Of a DNA stretch of 64,000 nucleotides, positions 50,401 to 63,188 are shown piece after piece. The stretch spans positions 11,284,001-11,348,000 of the forward strand of contig CATNEN010000001.1 of NCBI GenBank assembly GCA_950097015.1, given 5' to 3'. The position numbers were made by a program, and so were the translations under genes. This DNA comes from Macrostomum hystrix (lineage: Eukaryota > Animalia > Platyhelminthes). The notes below the pieces were generated by a model. The model was not told the DNA's origin and searched no databases. It saw only the letters and a list, made by a program, of their open reading frames with translations. Position 1 is the stretch's first letter; each line of letters opens with the position of its first letter.

Positions 50401-53400
50401 TAGGAAGCTATGCAAGATATCGAAGGAAGCTATGTACGATATCGAAGGAAGCTATGTACGATATCGAAGGAAGCTATGCAAGTTATCGAAGGAAGCTATG
50501 CAAGTTATCGAAGGAAGCTATGTAAGATATCGAAGGAAGCTATGTAAGATATCGAAGGAAGCTATGTAACATATCGAAGGAAGCTATGTACGATATCGAA
50601 GGAAGCTATGTACGATATCGAAGGAAGCTACGTAAGATATCAAAGGAAGCTATGCAAGTTATCGAAGGAAGCTATGCAAGATATCAAAGGAAGCTATGCA
50701 AGATATCGAAGGAAGCTATGTAAGATATCGAAGGAAGCTATGTAAGATATCGAAGGAAGCTATGTAACATATCGAAGGAAGCTATGTACGATATCGAAGG
50801 AATCTACGTAAGATATCAAAGGAAGCTATGCTAGATATCGAAGGAAGCTAGGTAAGATATCGAAGGAAGCTAGGTAAGATATCAAAGGAAGCTAGGTAAG
50901 ATATCGAAGGAAGCTATGTGCGATATCGAAGGAAGCTCTAAACGATATTAAGTGATGTTCTTAACGATATGTATAGCGTTTATTAAGTTGTCAAAGAAAG
51001 CCCTTTAAGATAAGGAAGGATGTTTATTGCGGTATTGATGGAATGCTTGTTACATAACTTGGTCATATTTCACCTCAGGTACCCGCCGCCAGACCAGACG
51101 AAGGCGAGCCGGCCCGAGTGCACCTACTAGAAAGCTCCTGCGTTGCTAGCGAAGATGAAAAACTCGAATTCGTGGCCTTCCCCGGTCCGCTAGTTCGAGG
51201 CAAAACTTTAAAAAGCGAAGTTCGCGCCTATTTGAATGGCAAACTGCAGGAATTGCAGAACAGGCTTGGCGGTGACTGGGACAGCGCCTCTCTGCTAATC
51301 GGATATTTAGACTTCCTCATTCGGAATAATGGGGTGCGCTGCTTGCTCAAGTACTCCTGTTTATATAAAATTGCACTTCTTAATTTTGTTTATCTAATGT
51401 AGCAACATAATCATAATATCAGGTATGAATAAAAACTTGAGGATTGTAGGAAAGATCCTGGAATTCGTTAGAAACTTCAGTAATTCGTTAGAAACTTCAG
51501 TAATTCGTTAGAAACTTCAGTAATTCGTTAGAAACTTCAGTAATTCGTTAGAAACTTCAGTAATTCGTTAGAAACTTCAGTAATTCGTTAGAAACTTCAG
51601 TAATTCGTTAGAAACTTCAGTAATTTGTTAGAAACTTCAGGACTTCATTAGTAGCTTCAGGAATTCGTTAGAAACTTCAGGAATTCGTTAGAAACTTCAG
51701 TAATTCGTTAGAAACTTCAGTAATTCGTTAGAATCTTCAGGACTTCATTAGTAGCTTCAGAAATTCGTTAGAAACTTCAGGACTTCATTAGTAGCTTCAG
51801 AAATTCGTTCGAAACTTCAGGACTTCATTAGTAGCTTCAGGAATTCGTTAGAAACTTCAGTAATTCGTTAGAAACTTCAGTAATTCGTTAGAAACTTCAG
51901 TAATTCGTTAGAAACTTCAGGACTTCATTAGTAGCTTCAGGAATTCGTTAGAAACTTCAGGACTTCATTAGTAGCTTCAGAAATTCGTTAGAAACTTCAG
52001 GACTTCATTAGTAGCTTCAGAAATTCGTTCGAAACTTCAGGAGTTCATTGGTAGCTTTAGGAATTCGTTAGAAACACATAATGGAACTTGTAAAGCTGCT
52101 CTCAAAGCTTCATGATCCCAGAGAAAACGTCAGGAACTTCAGTAATTCTTTCAGGAATCAGAGGTTGTAGCCTAGTGGTTAGAGCGTCGGACTCACGACT
52201 TGAAGGTCCGGGGTTCGATTCCCGACTCCACTGGAACAATTTGTGTCCTTTAGCAAGACACTTAACTCTGCATTGCTTCAGTTCACCCAGCTGTTAAATG
52301 GGTACCAGCATCAGCTGGGATAATTGAGGGTGGGTGTGGCGTCCCCCCAGTCCATGGACTGAACAGCCGTACGCAGCCTTCAGATGCGCCGCGCAATAGC
52401 TGCGGCTGTGCTGTCGGCTGCACATCTGACCCAATTGGGACAGGTGTAGTCAATTATTATTATTATAGGAACCCGCGATACACCCCAGGATTTGACCAGA
52501 TTCTTGAAATACATTTCCAGCATGTATTTTTCCAGCCCCAACCAATGCCTTGTCTAATCCCTAGATATCAATGGGCGCAGATCTGACCGACCTACTCTTG
52601 GAGGGCCACGAGCCGCGCACCTCGGAGTATCGCGATCACGGCCTGGCTATTCGCATGAACTCCTTGGACAATTTCGCCTCCCTGCCGCCCAGTGAGCCGC
52701 CAAGTGGTAGGGCTAGTCCCACTGGCAGTGTGGCCAGTGTCCGGTCTTCCAGCACTCGCCAGCTGCAGCAGCAGCAGCCGTACTCGCTGCAGTCTAGTCA
52801 GGTTGCTAAGCTTATTGAACGACACGACGATCGATTGATTGACCGATTTCGCAAGCTGCTGATGTACGGCAGGAAGCGCGAGGCTTTAGAATACGCCGGC
52901 AAGCACGGCTTGTGGGGACAGGTAATTTCTAATTTGCGATTCGCTTTTTTATCTTACTTCTTTAGGCCCTACAATCTTTCCATTTCAATTAAATCTCTCT
53001 AATCTCTTAAATATCCCTGTTACTTCAAATCTCCTCATTGCCTCGAATCTACCCGTTCCCTCAAATCTCCCCGTTTCATCAACTCCCCATTCCATCAAAT
53101 CTCCCCGTTTCATCAACTCCCCATTCCATCAAATCTCCCCGTTTCATCAACTCCCCATTCCATCAAATCTCCCCGTTTCATCAACTCCCCATTCCATCAA
53201 ATCTCCCCGTTTCATCTACTTCCCATTCCATCAAATCTCCCCGTTTCATCAACTCCCCATTCCATCAAATCTCCCCGTTTCATCAACTCCCCATTCCATC
53301 AAATCTCCCCGTTTCATCTACTTCCCATTCCATCAAATCTCCCCGTTTCATCAACTCCCCATTCCATCAAATCTCCCCGTTTCATCAACTCCCCATTCCA

Positions 53401-56400
53401 TCAAATCTCCCCGTTTCATCAACTCCCCATTCCATCAAATCTCCCCGTTTCATCTACTTCCCATTCCATCAAATCTCCCCGTTTCATCAACTCCCCATTC
53501 CATCAAATCTCCCCGTTTCATCAACTCCCCATTCCATCAAATCTCCCCGTTTCATCTACTTCCCATTCCATCAAATCTCCCCGTTTCATCAACTCCCCAT
53601 TCCATCAAATCTCCCCGTTTCATCAACTCCCCATTCCATCAAATCTCCCCGTTTCATCAACTCCCCATTCCATCAAATCTCCCCGTTTCATCTACTTCCC
53701 ATTCCATCAAATCTCCCCGTTTCATCAACTCCCCATTCCATCAAATCTCCCCGTTTCATCAACTCCCCATTCCATCAAATCTCCCCGTTTCATCAACTCC
53801 CCATTCCATCAAATCTCCCCGTTTCATCAACTCCCCATTCCATCAAATCTCCCCGTTTCATCAACTCCCCATTCCATCAAATCTCCCCGTTTCATCTACT
53901 TCCCATTCCATCAAATCTCCCCGTTTCATCAACTCCCCATTCCATCAAATCTCCCCGTTTCATCAACTCCCCATTCCATCAAATCTCCCCGTTTCATCTA
54001 CTTCCCATTCCATCAAATCTCCCCGTTTCATCAACTCCCCATTCCATCAAATCTCCCCGTTTCATCAACTCCCCATTCCATCAAATCTCCCCGTTTCATC
54101 AACTCCCCATTCCATCAAATCTCCCCGTTTCATCAACTCCCCATTCCATCAAATCTCCCCGTTTCATCAACTCCCCATTCCATCAAATCTCCCCGTTTCA
54201 TCTACACCAATTCCATCAAATCTCCCCGTTTCATCTACTTCCCATTCCATCAAATCTCCCCGTTTCATCAACTCCCCATTCCATCAAATCTCCCCGTTTC
54301 ATCAACTCCCCATTCCATCAAATCTCCCCGTTTCATCAACTCCCCATTCCATCAAATCTCCCCGTTTCATTAACTCCCCATTCCATCAAATCTCCCCGTT
54401 TCATCAACTCCCCATTCCATCAAATCTCCCCGTTTCATCTACTCCCATTCCATCAAATCTCCCCGTTTCATCAACTCCCCATTCCTTCATATCTTCCCAT
54501 TCCCTCAAATCTCCCCATTCGTTTAAATCTCCCCATTTCCTCATAGCGCGTATCTCCTCATTCCTTCAAATCTTCCCATTTCCTCATATCTCCCCATTCG
54601 TTCAAACCTCTCAGTTCACTTAAATCTCTCAATTTCCTTAAGTCTCCCATTCACTTAAATCTCCGCTTTATCTCAAACTTTTCCTTCACTTAAAATGTGT
54701 CATGCCTTACTCAGTTAGTATCCCATCTAACCTAGCAACAATCGAATCGGCAAGCAATCCTTAACTAAGCAAGCACTCGCACACCTTGAATCCGCAGGCC
54801 CTATTCCTATCGTACAACATGGACCCGGGCGTTCACGCCAAGATGCTGGTTAGATTCGCCAATCAGGCCATGCGAATGAACGATCCGCTTCAGACACTGT
54901 ATCAGTACATGCAGGGCCAGATGCCCGCTGTTACAGCTGGCCTCATGGACTCAACCGACTCAAGCTGGGGCGACTGGCGACCTCACCTAGCTATGCTGCT
55001 ATCCAATCAGCCTGATAGGCCCGATTTGGCTTCTCAGGCCATTGCTCAGATGGGCGACACTCTAGCTGCCAGGCGACTGTTGTACGCCTCCCAGCTGTGC
55101 TATCTCATGGCTGGCGTGCCGTTCTCACAGCTTGGCTGCGATAGACAGGTAAAATTCTGGTAGATTAGAGTTGGATTCTGGTAGGTTAGAGTTGGATTCT
55201 GGTAGGTTCGAGTTGGATTCTGGTAGGTTAGAGTTGGATTCTGGTAGATTAGAGTTGGATTCTGGTAGGTTAGAGTTGGATTCTGGTAGGTTAGAGTTGG
55301 ATTCTGGTAGGTTAGAGTGGGATTCTGGTAGGTTAGAGTTGGATTCTGGTAGGTTAGAGTTGGGTTCTGGTAGGTTAGAGTTGGGTTCTGGTAGATTGGG
55401 ATTGGATTCTGGTAGATTGGGATTGGAATCTGGTAGATTGGGATTGGATTCTGGTAGATTGGGATTGGATTCTGGTAGGTTATGATTAGATTCTGATAGA
55501 TTGGGATTGGATTCTGGTAGATTGGGATTGGAATCTGGTAGATATACATTCGAATCTGGTAGATTAACATTGGAATCTGGTAGATTAACATTGGAATCTG
55601 GTAGATTGGGATTGGATTCTGGTAGATTGGGATTGGATTCTGGTAGGTTATGATTAGATTCTGATAGATTGGGATTGGATTCTGGTAGATTGGGATTGGA
55701 TTCTGGTAGATTTGGATTTGATTCTGGTAGATTTGGATTGGATTCTGGTAGATTGGGATTGGAATCTGGTAGATTGGGATTGGATTCTGGTAGATTGGGA
55801 TTGGATTCTGGTAGATTTGGATTGGATTCTGGTAGATTGGGATTGGAATCTGGTAGATTGGGATTGGAATCTGGTAGATTGGGATTGGAATCTGGTAGAT
55901 TGGGATTGGAATCTGGTAGATATACATTCGAATCTGGTAGATTAACATTGGAATCTGGTAGATTAACATTGGAATCTGGTAGATTAGGATTAGATTCTGA
56001 TAGATTGGGATTGGATTCTGGTAGATTGGGCAACTTGATTTTCAGATTCGATCACTTTAGGTTCAGATTCGGTAGCTTCATGTTCAGATTTGACAGCTTC
56101 AGGTTTAGATTCGGCAGCTTCATGTTCTGGTAGATTTGGATTGGATTTTAGCACATTGGGCAGCTTGATTTTCAGATTCGATCACTTTAGGTTCAGATTC
56201 GGTAGCTTCATGTTCAGATTCGGCAGCTTCAGGTTCAGATTAGGTAGCTTCAGGTTCAGATTCGGCAGCTTCAGGTTCAGATTCGATAGTTTCAGGTTCA
56301 GATTAGGTTGCTTAAGGTTCAGATTCGGCAGCTTCAGGTTCAGATTCGGCAGCTTCAGGTTCAGATTCGGCAGCTTCAGGTTCAGATTAGGTTGCTTCAG

Positions 56401-58117
56401 GTTCAGATTCGGTAGCTTCAGGTTCAGATTAGGTTGCTTCAGGTTCAGATTCGGTAGCTTCAGGTTCAGATTCGGTAGCTTCAGGTTCAGATTCGGTAGC
56501 TTCAGGTTCATATTCGGCAGCTTCAGGTTCAGATTCGGCAGCTTCAGGTTCAGATTCGGTAGCTTCAGGTTCAGATTAGGTTGCTTCAACGTCGCACCCG
56601 CCCCGTTTCTCTTGAATTAAAAATCTTCAGGCCAAGATTGTACTGATTGGCGCCAAGCATCACGATTTCGATTCCGGGGCCAGTGTCTCCGCCAATCTAT
56701 TCGCCACAAACGAAGCCATCCAGCTAACTGAGGTTTTCGAATTCGCCATGAGCCTGTCCGACAAAGACTATCAGCTGGGCCACCTGCTGCCATACAAGTT
56801 TATGTACGCCACTCGGCTGCTGGATGCCGGAATGATTGAAGACGCTTTCCAGTATTGTCAGGTGAGATATTTTTATGTGTTATAGTACTTTTTGTACGAT
56901 AACTATCCCCTCGTATAGATATTCATCTGTAAACCTTCTATGATAATTATCCCTGTAAACAAACTCTTTAAAATAAGGTGGGATAAATATCCTTGAAGCA
57001 ATATAGTTGGATGACTAATTAATAATTTTCCATGTGAATGATCATTTAGGTATAATCAGGTCCCTCTAGAAATAAAGTTAGATCCCAAATAGGATAATTC
57101 TCCCTCTATAAATATGCTTCAATACCTAATGGGATAATTATCCCTCTAGAAATATGCTTAATAACCTAATGGGATAATTATCCCTCTAGAAATATGCTTA
57201 AATACCTAATGGGATAATTATCACTCTAGAAATATACTAAAATACCTAATGGGATATTTATCCCTCTAGAAATATGCTTAGATACACAGTGGGATAATTA
57301 TCCCTCTAGAAATATGCTTAAATACATAATGGGATAATTATCCCTCTAGAAATATGCTTAAATACCTAATGGGATAATTATCACTCTAGAAATATACTAA
57401 ATACCTTATGGGATAATTATCCCTCTAGAAATATGCTTTAATACCTAATGGGATAATTATCCCTCTAGAAATATGCTTAAATACCTAATGGGATAATTAT
57501 CACTCTAGAAATATACTAAATACCTTATGGGATAATTATCCCTCTAGAAATATGCTTTAATACCTAATGGGATAATTATCCCTCTAGAAATATGCTTTAA
57601 TACCTTATGGGATAATTATCCCTGCAGTAGCTCAGTTTCATTCCATATGAGAAAATTAGCCACGTATGCCCCTAACAAGTTTTGCTTGAAATGGGAAAAT
57701 ATTTCTCCGGTAAGTAAATAGCCTTTGCTCTGAACAGAATAACGGATTTTCCCACATGCCAACAATAACTATTCCCTCTTCCATGTGTCGCAGGTGATTG
57801 GCAGGTCACTAATCAGGCAGCAGCAGTCGCCAGAGCAGGCCGTATTTGCCACCGACACCCTGGTTAGAGAAACCCTGCGCCTATCCGAACGACTCCAATG
57901 CCATCCGGCCTGCGAGATGTCACTGGATCAGCCTGATTGGTTGTGCCAGTTGCGCCAGTTGTACACAGCCGGCCAGCTGCCCTGCCAATTGGCCAATGCT
58001 CAGCTATTGCAACATTTTGAAGAACATCAGCAACAGCAGCCTGATTGGCCGCACCAGCCAGCCTCGACTATACCTAAGCAACACCTAGACGAGGATCCGC
58101 CTACGCCAAGACATTAT

Positions 58118-58153
<36 letters not shown>

Positions 58154-61100
58154 CCGCCGCCATTTTCTAGCTACGCTTCAACTATAGGCCAAGCCAATCC
58201 GCAAAATTACTCCCCAATGCGCCAGCAGCAGCAGCAGCAGCATGGCGCAGATTCTGTAGATTCTGGTCTATCCTACGCCAATGCTAGCGCGCACCAGCAA
58301 CAATTCAACTGGCAACAACAACAGCAGCAGCAGCAACAGCATGCCATACGCAAGGATTCAATATCCAGCTTGAAGTCGCAGCAATCGTTCGCTGCCCAGC
58401 AACCCGGCAGTCCTGGCCTGCAAGGCGTTGTTGGCGGCGGTGGCGCGTTTGACTATTACGCTGCCGTTCAACAGAGTGGACAACAGGTGAGTTGCGTACT
58501 TCCTTGACAGGTGGGACAGACATTTTTGGATTTTTTGTGTACTTCAAATCGCATTTTCGTGCCTATTTTTAAGCATCGTTTTTAAACGTAACTCCTAGCT
58601 TTTATAACTATATTATTTGTCCTTCCTTCCTTCATTATCTTTCTAACTCTCTTCTTTCATTTACTCTCCCCTCTTACTCCCCATCTCCCCTCTTACTCTC
58701 TCCTTCCTCTTCCTCTTCCCTCCTTCCTCTTCATCCTCCTCTTCCCTCTATCCTCTTCCCTCTTCCTCTTTCTCCTTCCTCTCCCCATTTCCTCTTCCTC
58801 CTTCCTCTCCCCTCTTCCTCTCTCCTCTTTCTCTTCCTCTTTCTCTCCCTCTTCCTTCTTCTCCCCTCTCTCCTCTTCTCTCCTTCCTCTTCCCTCTTCC
58901 TCCTCCTCTCCCCTCCTTCCTCTGCGATCTTCCCCTCTTCCTGTACCTTCCTTTCCTCCCCTTCTTCCTCTCCCTCTCTTATTATATTTTATCTTCCTTT
59001 ATCTCTCTAAGCAGATCAGTTTGTATGTTCCGCAAATCATTAACTAATTTTTTTACCTTCGATAATTTTGGTCTATAAGCTTTGTAGTTAGTTTTTCGGC
59101 TTGCTACTTACTATGCCTACTCTTCTGTGTGTATTTCGTGTTATAGATTATACTTGTACTATTCTATGTGCAGATTGTGTTCTGTCCATGTTCTTAATCG
59201 AAACATTTTCACTGTGCCTTCAAATAAACAACTATTATCCCAGATACCGGATTATCAGCGTAGGCGCACCCTATCTAGCGCTTCTTCATCGCTTGGCGAT
59301 TCAGCAGTAGCAGCAGCAGCAGGAGGAGGTTCGGGCTCGTCAATGCTAGGCAGCGCTGGTCCTAGTCCGTCAGCGTCGCTGAATATGCAACCGGGCGCAA
59401 TGAGGGTAGGAACTCGTAGGAAAAAAATCTAGAATCATGGTTATTTGACCTCGATCTTGTCAGTATTGGCACAGGAGCACACTCACTATTTGGTATCAGG
59501 TGTATCCCATGTTACCTCATTTAATACGAGCTTCATTAATAGTAGAAATAACAAGGTGCGAGATTTTTCTGTGACAATGTAAAGTAAACATGCTATTTAA
59601 TTTTGCAGCGAATTAAAAAAACATTTGTTGTGCGTTACAGACTACTGCGCAATAGTATTTAGTAGACTCAATCGCTTTTTTATCACGATTTTTTGCGCGC
59701 TGTTGATTGAATTAAAAATTAGTTTTTCGAAACATATCGGCAATTAAAAATCGCTGTCATCATTCAGTCGCAGTGTTCCTCCGTAGCCGGAGCCGGAGGT
59801 GATCGCCGTCGCAGTTCTGCGCTGCTGTCTAGAACGCCAAGCAATGCCGGCACTGGCAGTTCTAGTCGGGGCACCAGCAGTGTGCACAGCAGTATTCAAG
59901 TGTCGCCTGATAATTCTTTTTCGCAGAAGCAGCTCAGACAGGCGCTAAGGCGTCAGCATCTGTTTGAGGTCTCCAATTTCTAGTTAACTGAGAGTACACA
60001 AGTGTTCTTCCATTTTTGTTAAAATTTTTCTATTTTTTTCTATACTCACAAATTTTATTCACAAAATAAATTCGATTAAAATTAGTTAGGAAATAGGTGC
60101 GTATTATGCTATTCTCTAGTTCAAAAATGATGGATAGGTATGGAAGTAGTTCAGTAGTTTTCGAGTTAGTTGGCTAGATTTCAATGTAGTTGGGTTGATT
60201 TGAAGGTAAGTTTGGTAGATTAGGAGATAGTTGGGTCGTTTTCGAGATAGTTAGGTAGGTTATGAGGTCGTTGAGTGAATTTAAAGGTAGTTGGGTAGAT
60301 TATAAGATCATTGGGTAGATTAGGCGGTAGTTGGGTAGATTAAAAGATCGTTCGGTAGATTAGAAGGTAGTTAAGTAGTTTTCGAGATAGTTGGGTAAAT
60401 TATAAGATCATTGGGTAGATTAGAAGGTAGTTGGGTAGATTAGAAGGTAGTTGGGTAGATTAGAAGGTAGTTGAGTAGATTAGAAGGTAGTTGGGTAGAT
60501 TAGAAGGTAGTTGGGTAGATTAGAAGGTAGTTGGGTAGATTAGAAGGTAGTTGGGTAGATTAGAAGGTAGTTGGGTAGATTAGAAGGTAGTTGGGTAGAT
60601 TAGAAGGTAGTTGGGTAGATTAGAAGGTAGTTGGGTAGATTAGAAGGTAGTTGGGTAGATTAGAAGGTAGTTGGGTAGATTAGAAGGTAGTTGGGTAGAT
60701 TAGAAGGTAGTTGGGTAGATTAGAAGGTAGTTGGGTAGATTAGAAGGTAGTTGGGTAGATTAGAAGGTAGTTGGGTAGATTAGAAGGTAGTTGGGTAGAT
60801 TAGAAGGTAGTTGGGTAGATTATAAGGTAGTTGGGTAGATTATAAGATCATTGGGTAGATTAGGAGGTAGTTGGGTAGATTAGAAGGTAGTTGGGTAGAT
60901 TAGAAGGTAGTTGGGTAGATTATAAGGTAGTTGGGTAGATTATAAGATCAGTTGGTAGATGAGAAGGTAGTTGGTTAGATTATAAGATCAGTTGGTAGAT
61001 GAGAAGGTAGTTGGTTAGATTATAAGATCATTGGGTAGATTTGGAGGTAGTTGTAGCTGGGTAGGCTTTTATTCTTATAAAGTCTTTACCCGCGCTTCAC

Positions 61101-63188
61101 TTAAATTCAAATAATTACTCACCTATCGATAGATGATAACACAATGAAAGCTTTAGAAATCAGAGAACTTTAATAAGTAAAATTAATTTTTTTCCCAGTT
61201 CAATAGACGTTCTCTTTGTCTCACTAACTCGCTTACTTGTCTATATTTTATAACTTGCAAATCAAACTTGCTATCTCGTTGTTGTAAACATTTTTCTTAT
61301 GTAATTATGTGTTATATATGTTATCCTAAAATGTTGATGAGTCATTGCCTTACTATCCAGTCCCCAGATTGGTCATTACCCACTATCCAGTCCCCAGATT
61401 GGTCATTACCCACCTCTCCAGTCCCCAGATTGGTCAAAGCCCACTGTCCAGTCCCCAGATTGGTCATTACCCACTTCTCCAGTCCCCAGATTGGTCATTA
61501 CCCACTCTCCAGTCCCCAGATTGGTCATTACCCACCTCTCCAGTCCCCAGATTGGTCATTACCCACCTCTCCAGTCCCCAGATTGGTCATTACCTCACTG
61601 TTTAGTCTCTAAGTGGCCACTGTAGCTGAGTTTGGTCATATCGCGTCTTGCCAGGCCGCTGCAGCCAGTCGATCAGTGACTCCGCCGCATCCGCGTCAGA
61701 GAAGCGGCGACAGTGTGGACTCCGCTGCGTCCTCTGCTTCGCCGCCATCGGTTGGGCACACGCAGCAGACGGTCTCTTCTAGGAGCAGAAATCCCAGCAG
61801 AAGCAGCGTTGTCAATCAGCTGATGCCGCCGCCACCGCCGCCGCAGCTGCAGCATTCGATGATGTCGCAGAAGCAGCAGCTGCCACCTCCGCCGCCACCA
61901 CCACCACCGATGCAGCAGCAGCAGCAGCAACAACAACAGAAGGCGTCAAATACTAAAGAGGGCCTAGTGAATCCCAACGCAGAGAGTGTGCGGCGCGGCA
62001 TCCTACCCCGTGTGATGAGCGGCGTGCTGGCTTCGATGCGTCGAAAGATGGGCGTGAACGAGGTCCACCTGCCGGACGATGACAAGCCCAGCATCATGTG
62101 GGATCCGGTGAAAAAGGTGTGGGTTAATGTCAGCGAAGGGGAAGATCAAAATAAATTGGCCTCGGCACCGCCGCCTGCTCCAGTTGGCAGCCACCTGCAA
62201 CAGCAGGGCGGTCAGCTGCACCGGTTGGACGCTGCCGCTCTCGGACGGCCCAAGTGAGTTGCTGTCGCGTGATAATCCCATGAATATTAGGCGTGATAAT
62301 CTTCACAGTTCAGGTGGGATAATCCTAACAGATCAGGTGGGATAATCCTCGCAGATCAGGTGGGATAATCCTAACAGATCAGGTGGGATAAGCTTTATAG
62401 ATCAGGTGGGATAATCCTCGCAGATCAGGTGGGATAATCCTTACAGATCAGGTGGGATAAGCTTTATAGATCAGGTGGGATAATCCTCGCAGATCAGGTG
62501 GGATAATCCTTACAGATCAGGTGGGATAAGCTTTATAGATCAGGTGGGATAATCCTTACAGATCAGATGGCTAAGCTTTATAGATCAGGTGGGATAATCC
62601 TTAAAGATCAGGTGGAATATTCATTATAGATCAGGTGGGATAATCCTTACAGATCAGATGGCTAAGCTTTATAGATCAGGTGGGATAATCCTTAAAGATC
62701 AGGTGGAATATTCATTATAGATCAGGTGGGATAATCCTCACTGATCAATTAGGATAATCCTTACAGATCAGGTGGGAAAATTTTTTTAATATCAAGTGTG
62801 TTAATTCTTTCAATATCAGGTGTGATGATCCTTAGGTCGTTAGATACACAGGTCGCGTTTGATAATCTAATCCTTTCGATTATTAAGTGGGATAATCCTT
62901 ACAGATCAGGTGTGATAATCCGCAGAATTCAGGCTTAATAAAACTGAATATAAATATTCAACAGTTACTAAATTTCTGCCGCTACTTCACTCCAGGTACG
63001 TGGACCTACTCGGCAGCCAGTCTAATAGATCGCAGCAAACATCTCAGCCGCAGCAGCAGCTACCGGGTGCGCCTCTGCCGCCGCCGCCGCCGCCAATGCT
63101 GCAGTTGTACAATCCAGGTTCCAGTGGACCCACCGCTGCCGCTAGCGGTACTAACTACAATTTCTTTGTGCCATCATCCACAACTTGA
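44433..63188 (+). CDS. SEC16: Protein transport protein SEC16 (ER exit-site scaffold), 11 coding exons, ~2800 aa
   Basis: Exons 44433-44761, 44985(or 44988)-50022, 51079-51333, 52565-52921, 54798-55148, 56631-56861, 57794-58486, 59244-59405, 59768-59968, 61655-62253, 62996-63188 (8409 nt, in frame). Central domain motifs FPGPL, LLMYGRKREALEYAGKHGLWGQAL, NDPLQTLYQ, WRPHLAMLLSN, MGDTL, FATNEAIQLTEVFE. C-terminal LPDDDKPSIMWDPVKKVWVN and KYVD. Exons 8-9 are less certain. Confidence 0.9.
44835..44894 (+). mobile_element. SINE family A degenerate fragment (SEC16 intron 1)
   Basis: gagggccaacccccaaggcac differs at one base from gagggccaacctccaaggcac in the full copy. Confidence 0.5.
45961..48480 (+). 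repeat. Coding tandem repeat in SEC16 exon 2, 39/42 bp units
   Basis: ASQAYQQQSAPPP(P), about 60 copies. Indels occur only in whole codons, with synonymous variants GCT/GCA/GCG and CAG/CAA. Confidence 0.93.
50067..50937. repeat. Minisatellite, 22 bp unit
   Basis: GATATCGAAGGAAGCTATGTAA. Confidence 0.95.
51460..52075. repeat. Minisatellite, 20 bp unit (two alternating variants)
   Basis: TAATTCGTTAGAAACTTCAG / GACTTCATTAGTAGCTTCAG. Confidence 0.96.
52161..52467 (+). mobile_element. tRNA-derived SINE family B (CORE-like central domain)
   Basis: A-box TAGCCTAGTGG, B-box GGTTCGATTCC, then tgtgtcctttagcaagacacttaac...cacccagctgttaaatgggtacc (CORE-like) and an (ATT)n tail. Confidence 0.85.
53060..54540. 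repeat. Minisatellite, 34 bp (18+16) unit
   Basis: AAATCTCCCCGTTTCATCAACTCCCCATTCCATC. Confidence 0.97.
55155..56030. repeat. Minisatellite, 21 bp unit
   Basis: TCTGGTAGGTTAGAGTTGGAT grading into TCTGGTAGATTGGGATTGGAT. Confidence 0.95.
56040..56587. repeat. Minisatellite, 21 bp unit
   Basis: TTCAGGTTCAGATTCGGCAGC. Confidence 0.95.
57090..57623. repeat. Minisatellite, 40 bp unit with 14 bp palindrome
   Basis: GGGATAATTATCCCTCTAGAAATATGCTTAAATACCTAAT. Confidence 0.96.
58618..59008. repeat. Polypyrimidine/polypurine low-complexity tract
   Basis: About 390 bp of almost pure C/T (TCTTCC-like words). Confidence 0.9.
60170..61053. repeat. Minisatellite, 20 bp unit
   Basis: TAGAAGGTAGTTGGGTAGAT; perfect centre, degenerate edges. 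Confidence 0.96.
61357..61593. repeat. Minisatellite, 31 bp unit
   Basis: CCAGTCCCCAGATTGGTCATTACCCACCTCT. Confidence 0.95.
62268..62920. repeat. Minisatellite, ~23 bp unit
   Basis: CAGATCAGGTGGGATAATCCTTA. Confidence 0.94.

Noticed and set aside
52161-52230. tRNA-Val(CAC) gene
   Set aside because: Acceptor and anticodon stems are mismatched, and it continues into a CORE-like body and (ATT)n tail, so it is a SINE head.
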